64,000 nucleotides of DNA from Mytilus edulis (Eukaryota): the NCBI RefSeq assembly GCF_963676685.1, contig NC_092346.1, positions 36,022,001 through 36,086,000 of the forward strand. The letters are read 5' to 3'. Below, piece after piece: positions 62,316 to 64,000 of this stretch (its first letter is position 1; the number at the start of each line of letters is the position of its first letter). The notes under the pieces are model-generated. The model was given only the letters and a program-made list of their open reading frames with translations, searched no databases and was not told the DNA's origin. The position numbers were made by a program, and so were the translations under genes.

Positions 62316-64000
62316 TCAAGATCATTGATGCTGTACTGTTATTGACTAATTAGCTGTTGTCTGCTTTCTTAAAATTGACATTGTTGTGAATCTGTTTACT
62401 GTTATTATGAGCTAAAAAATACCCCTATTTTTTTTTTTTTTAAATTAACTGTAATCTTATTTATTGGCCTGTTAATGGAACCCTTCTTGCCCCCTTTTAA
62501 GATAAGAAAATATGTTTGCGATTTTCGGGATTACGATCATTTTGCAAGATCACCAAAATACGTTGTAGTTTATACAATACTTATATAAAGTAGATGATGT
62601 GGTATGTTTGTTGTCAATGGACAAATTTCCATAAGAAACCAAAGGAAGTATGTGTTAACAACCATACGTAATCGTACGACCTTCAACAATAACCCATAAA
62701 ATAAAAAATATAAAAGGTTTTACATAAAAATGGAGAGCAAAAATATAGAACAAAGGACTTTCTGAGCGTTTGAATCATGTCTTTAGCACCTTAAAACACA
62801 TTTGTTTGTGAACAATTGAGTGCTGACTATAAGAATGACAATAGTATTGCGGGTTTGTCTGTTTGGTGTTTTTTTTTTGGGGGGGGGGGAGGGATGGGGA
62901 TAAGTTAGAGCGAGGTTACAGTGAAAGCTTGGAATAGTTTCCCGTAAGATTTAAAAGTTGTATTGTAAAAGAAAAATGTATCTTATAGCTGTTAAGAATC
63001 ACTTGCTGCTAGATTTTTCCAACATATTTTTTTATTTTGTCTAAACGGTTATCAGGTATTTTTTTTTCTTCAAAAGTTCGATAGAACACTAAAAGAAATC
63101 ACTATTTTAAGAAAGGGCAGGCTAGAATATGTCAGAGAATGAAGACGAGATAACCTAGAGAACACTACCAAAGTTAAGATTTCTTAGCTTTTTCATTTCA
63201 AAATAAATATTTTTGATAAAGAATTACGGGGGAGGAAGTGAACAATGTGTCCTTCTTTTCTATATTTAAATATTTTTCATGAATAAAAATAAAATGTGCC
63301 TTGATTATAATTGAAAATGAGTACTAGTAAATGGAAAAAATACCCAACTAAAATACACTTTTATTTTAATATTGGAAATATCACTAAGCCTTTAAGTTTT
63401 GTGTGTTAAACACACCATCTCTGTAGTAATGACTCCTTACCAAGATATTTCACTTCATTCATTTTTTTCTGCATTTTTTTATATATTGTGAATTCATAGA
63501 ATTATTATATTATAATGTAGCCTTAATTTATATTTAAAATATTTAAAAAAACAAGCCAGGGTGGGGGTTCAAAGATGCAAATTAAGTACTTATATCAATA
63601 TTTTATCTTTTCGTGTACGGGTTTTCGTGACCCCTCCTGTGGCCTGTCAATTCCGAAATGTGCAAACTGCAATAGTATCAAAACAGCACAGACAATGAGT
63701 AATAGAGATATAATTTTGTACATATATCAACGGGAAACTTCTTGCAAAGCATTATTATTTATAGTTCATTATTGTATTTAGTAGAAAAAGAGAATTTAGT
63801 GAAAATAAAATCACTTTTTTTGTAGAGAATTCACAAACCTTTGTACAGAGATTTTTGTATGTTTAGCATGGGATCAACACAATGGTTCATTACCGAGTAA
63901 AAAAAATCAAAATGTCTATCTACCTTGCACCTTTTAGAAAATTCAGATCAGATAACGAAACTGGGTCCAGCAACATTTATAAGCAATTTAAGATTGTGAC

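Overview
Very AT-rich animal genomic DNA. The dispersed repeats look like those of a mytilid bivalve, probably Mytilus (recognition from memory, not a search). Main contents: (1) The last four coding exons of a TMEM63/OSCA (CSC1-like) mechanosensitive channel gene on the + strand (1202-17503). The 5.4-kb 86/87-bp tandem array at 1267-6680 is about 62 amplified copies of this gene's own penultimate transmembrane-helix coding segment plus its splice donor. Each unit reads AG|72-nt in-frame segment|GTAAG, and as assembled the parent exon is frameshifted by 1 nt at the array junction. (2) An apparently intact 5.1-kb PAT-type DIRS tyrosine-recombinase retrotransposon with split direct repeats (21723-26824, minus). 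(3) A tandem cluster of single-exon B-box + beta-propeller (TRIM/NHL-like) genes: two intact and one mosaic pseudogene (31.6-44.2 kb). (4) A transposon-dense remainder with Helentron-like elements carrying internal satellites, Penelope-type fragments, minimal hammerhead ribozymes, a Ginger-like remnant, and a decayed ~5-kb PIF/Harbinger-group element flanked by an end-to-end pile-up of its own 231-bp MITEs. Most short ORFs in the supplied track are spurious.
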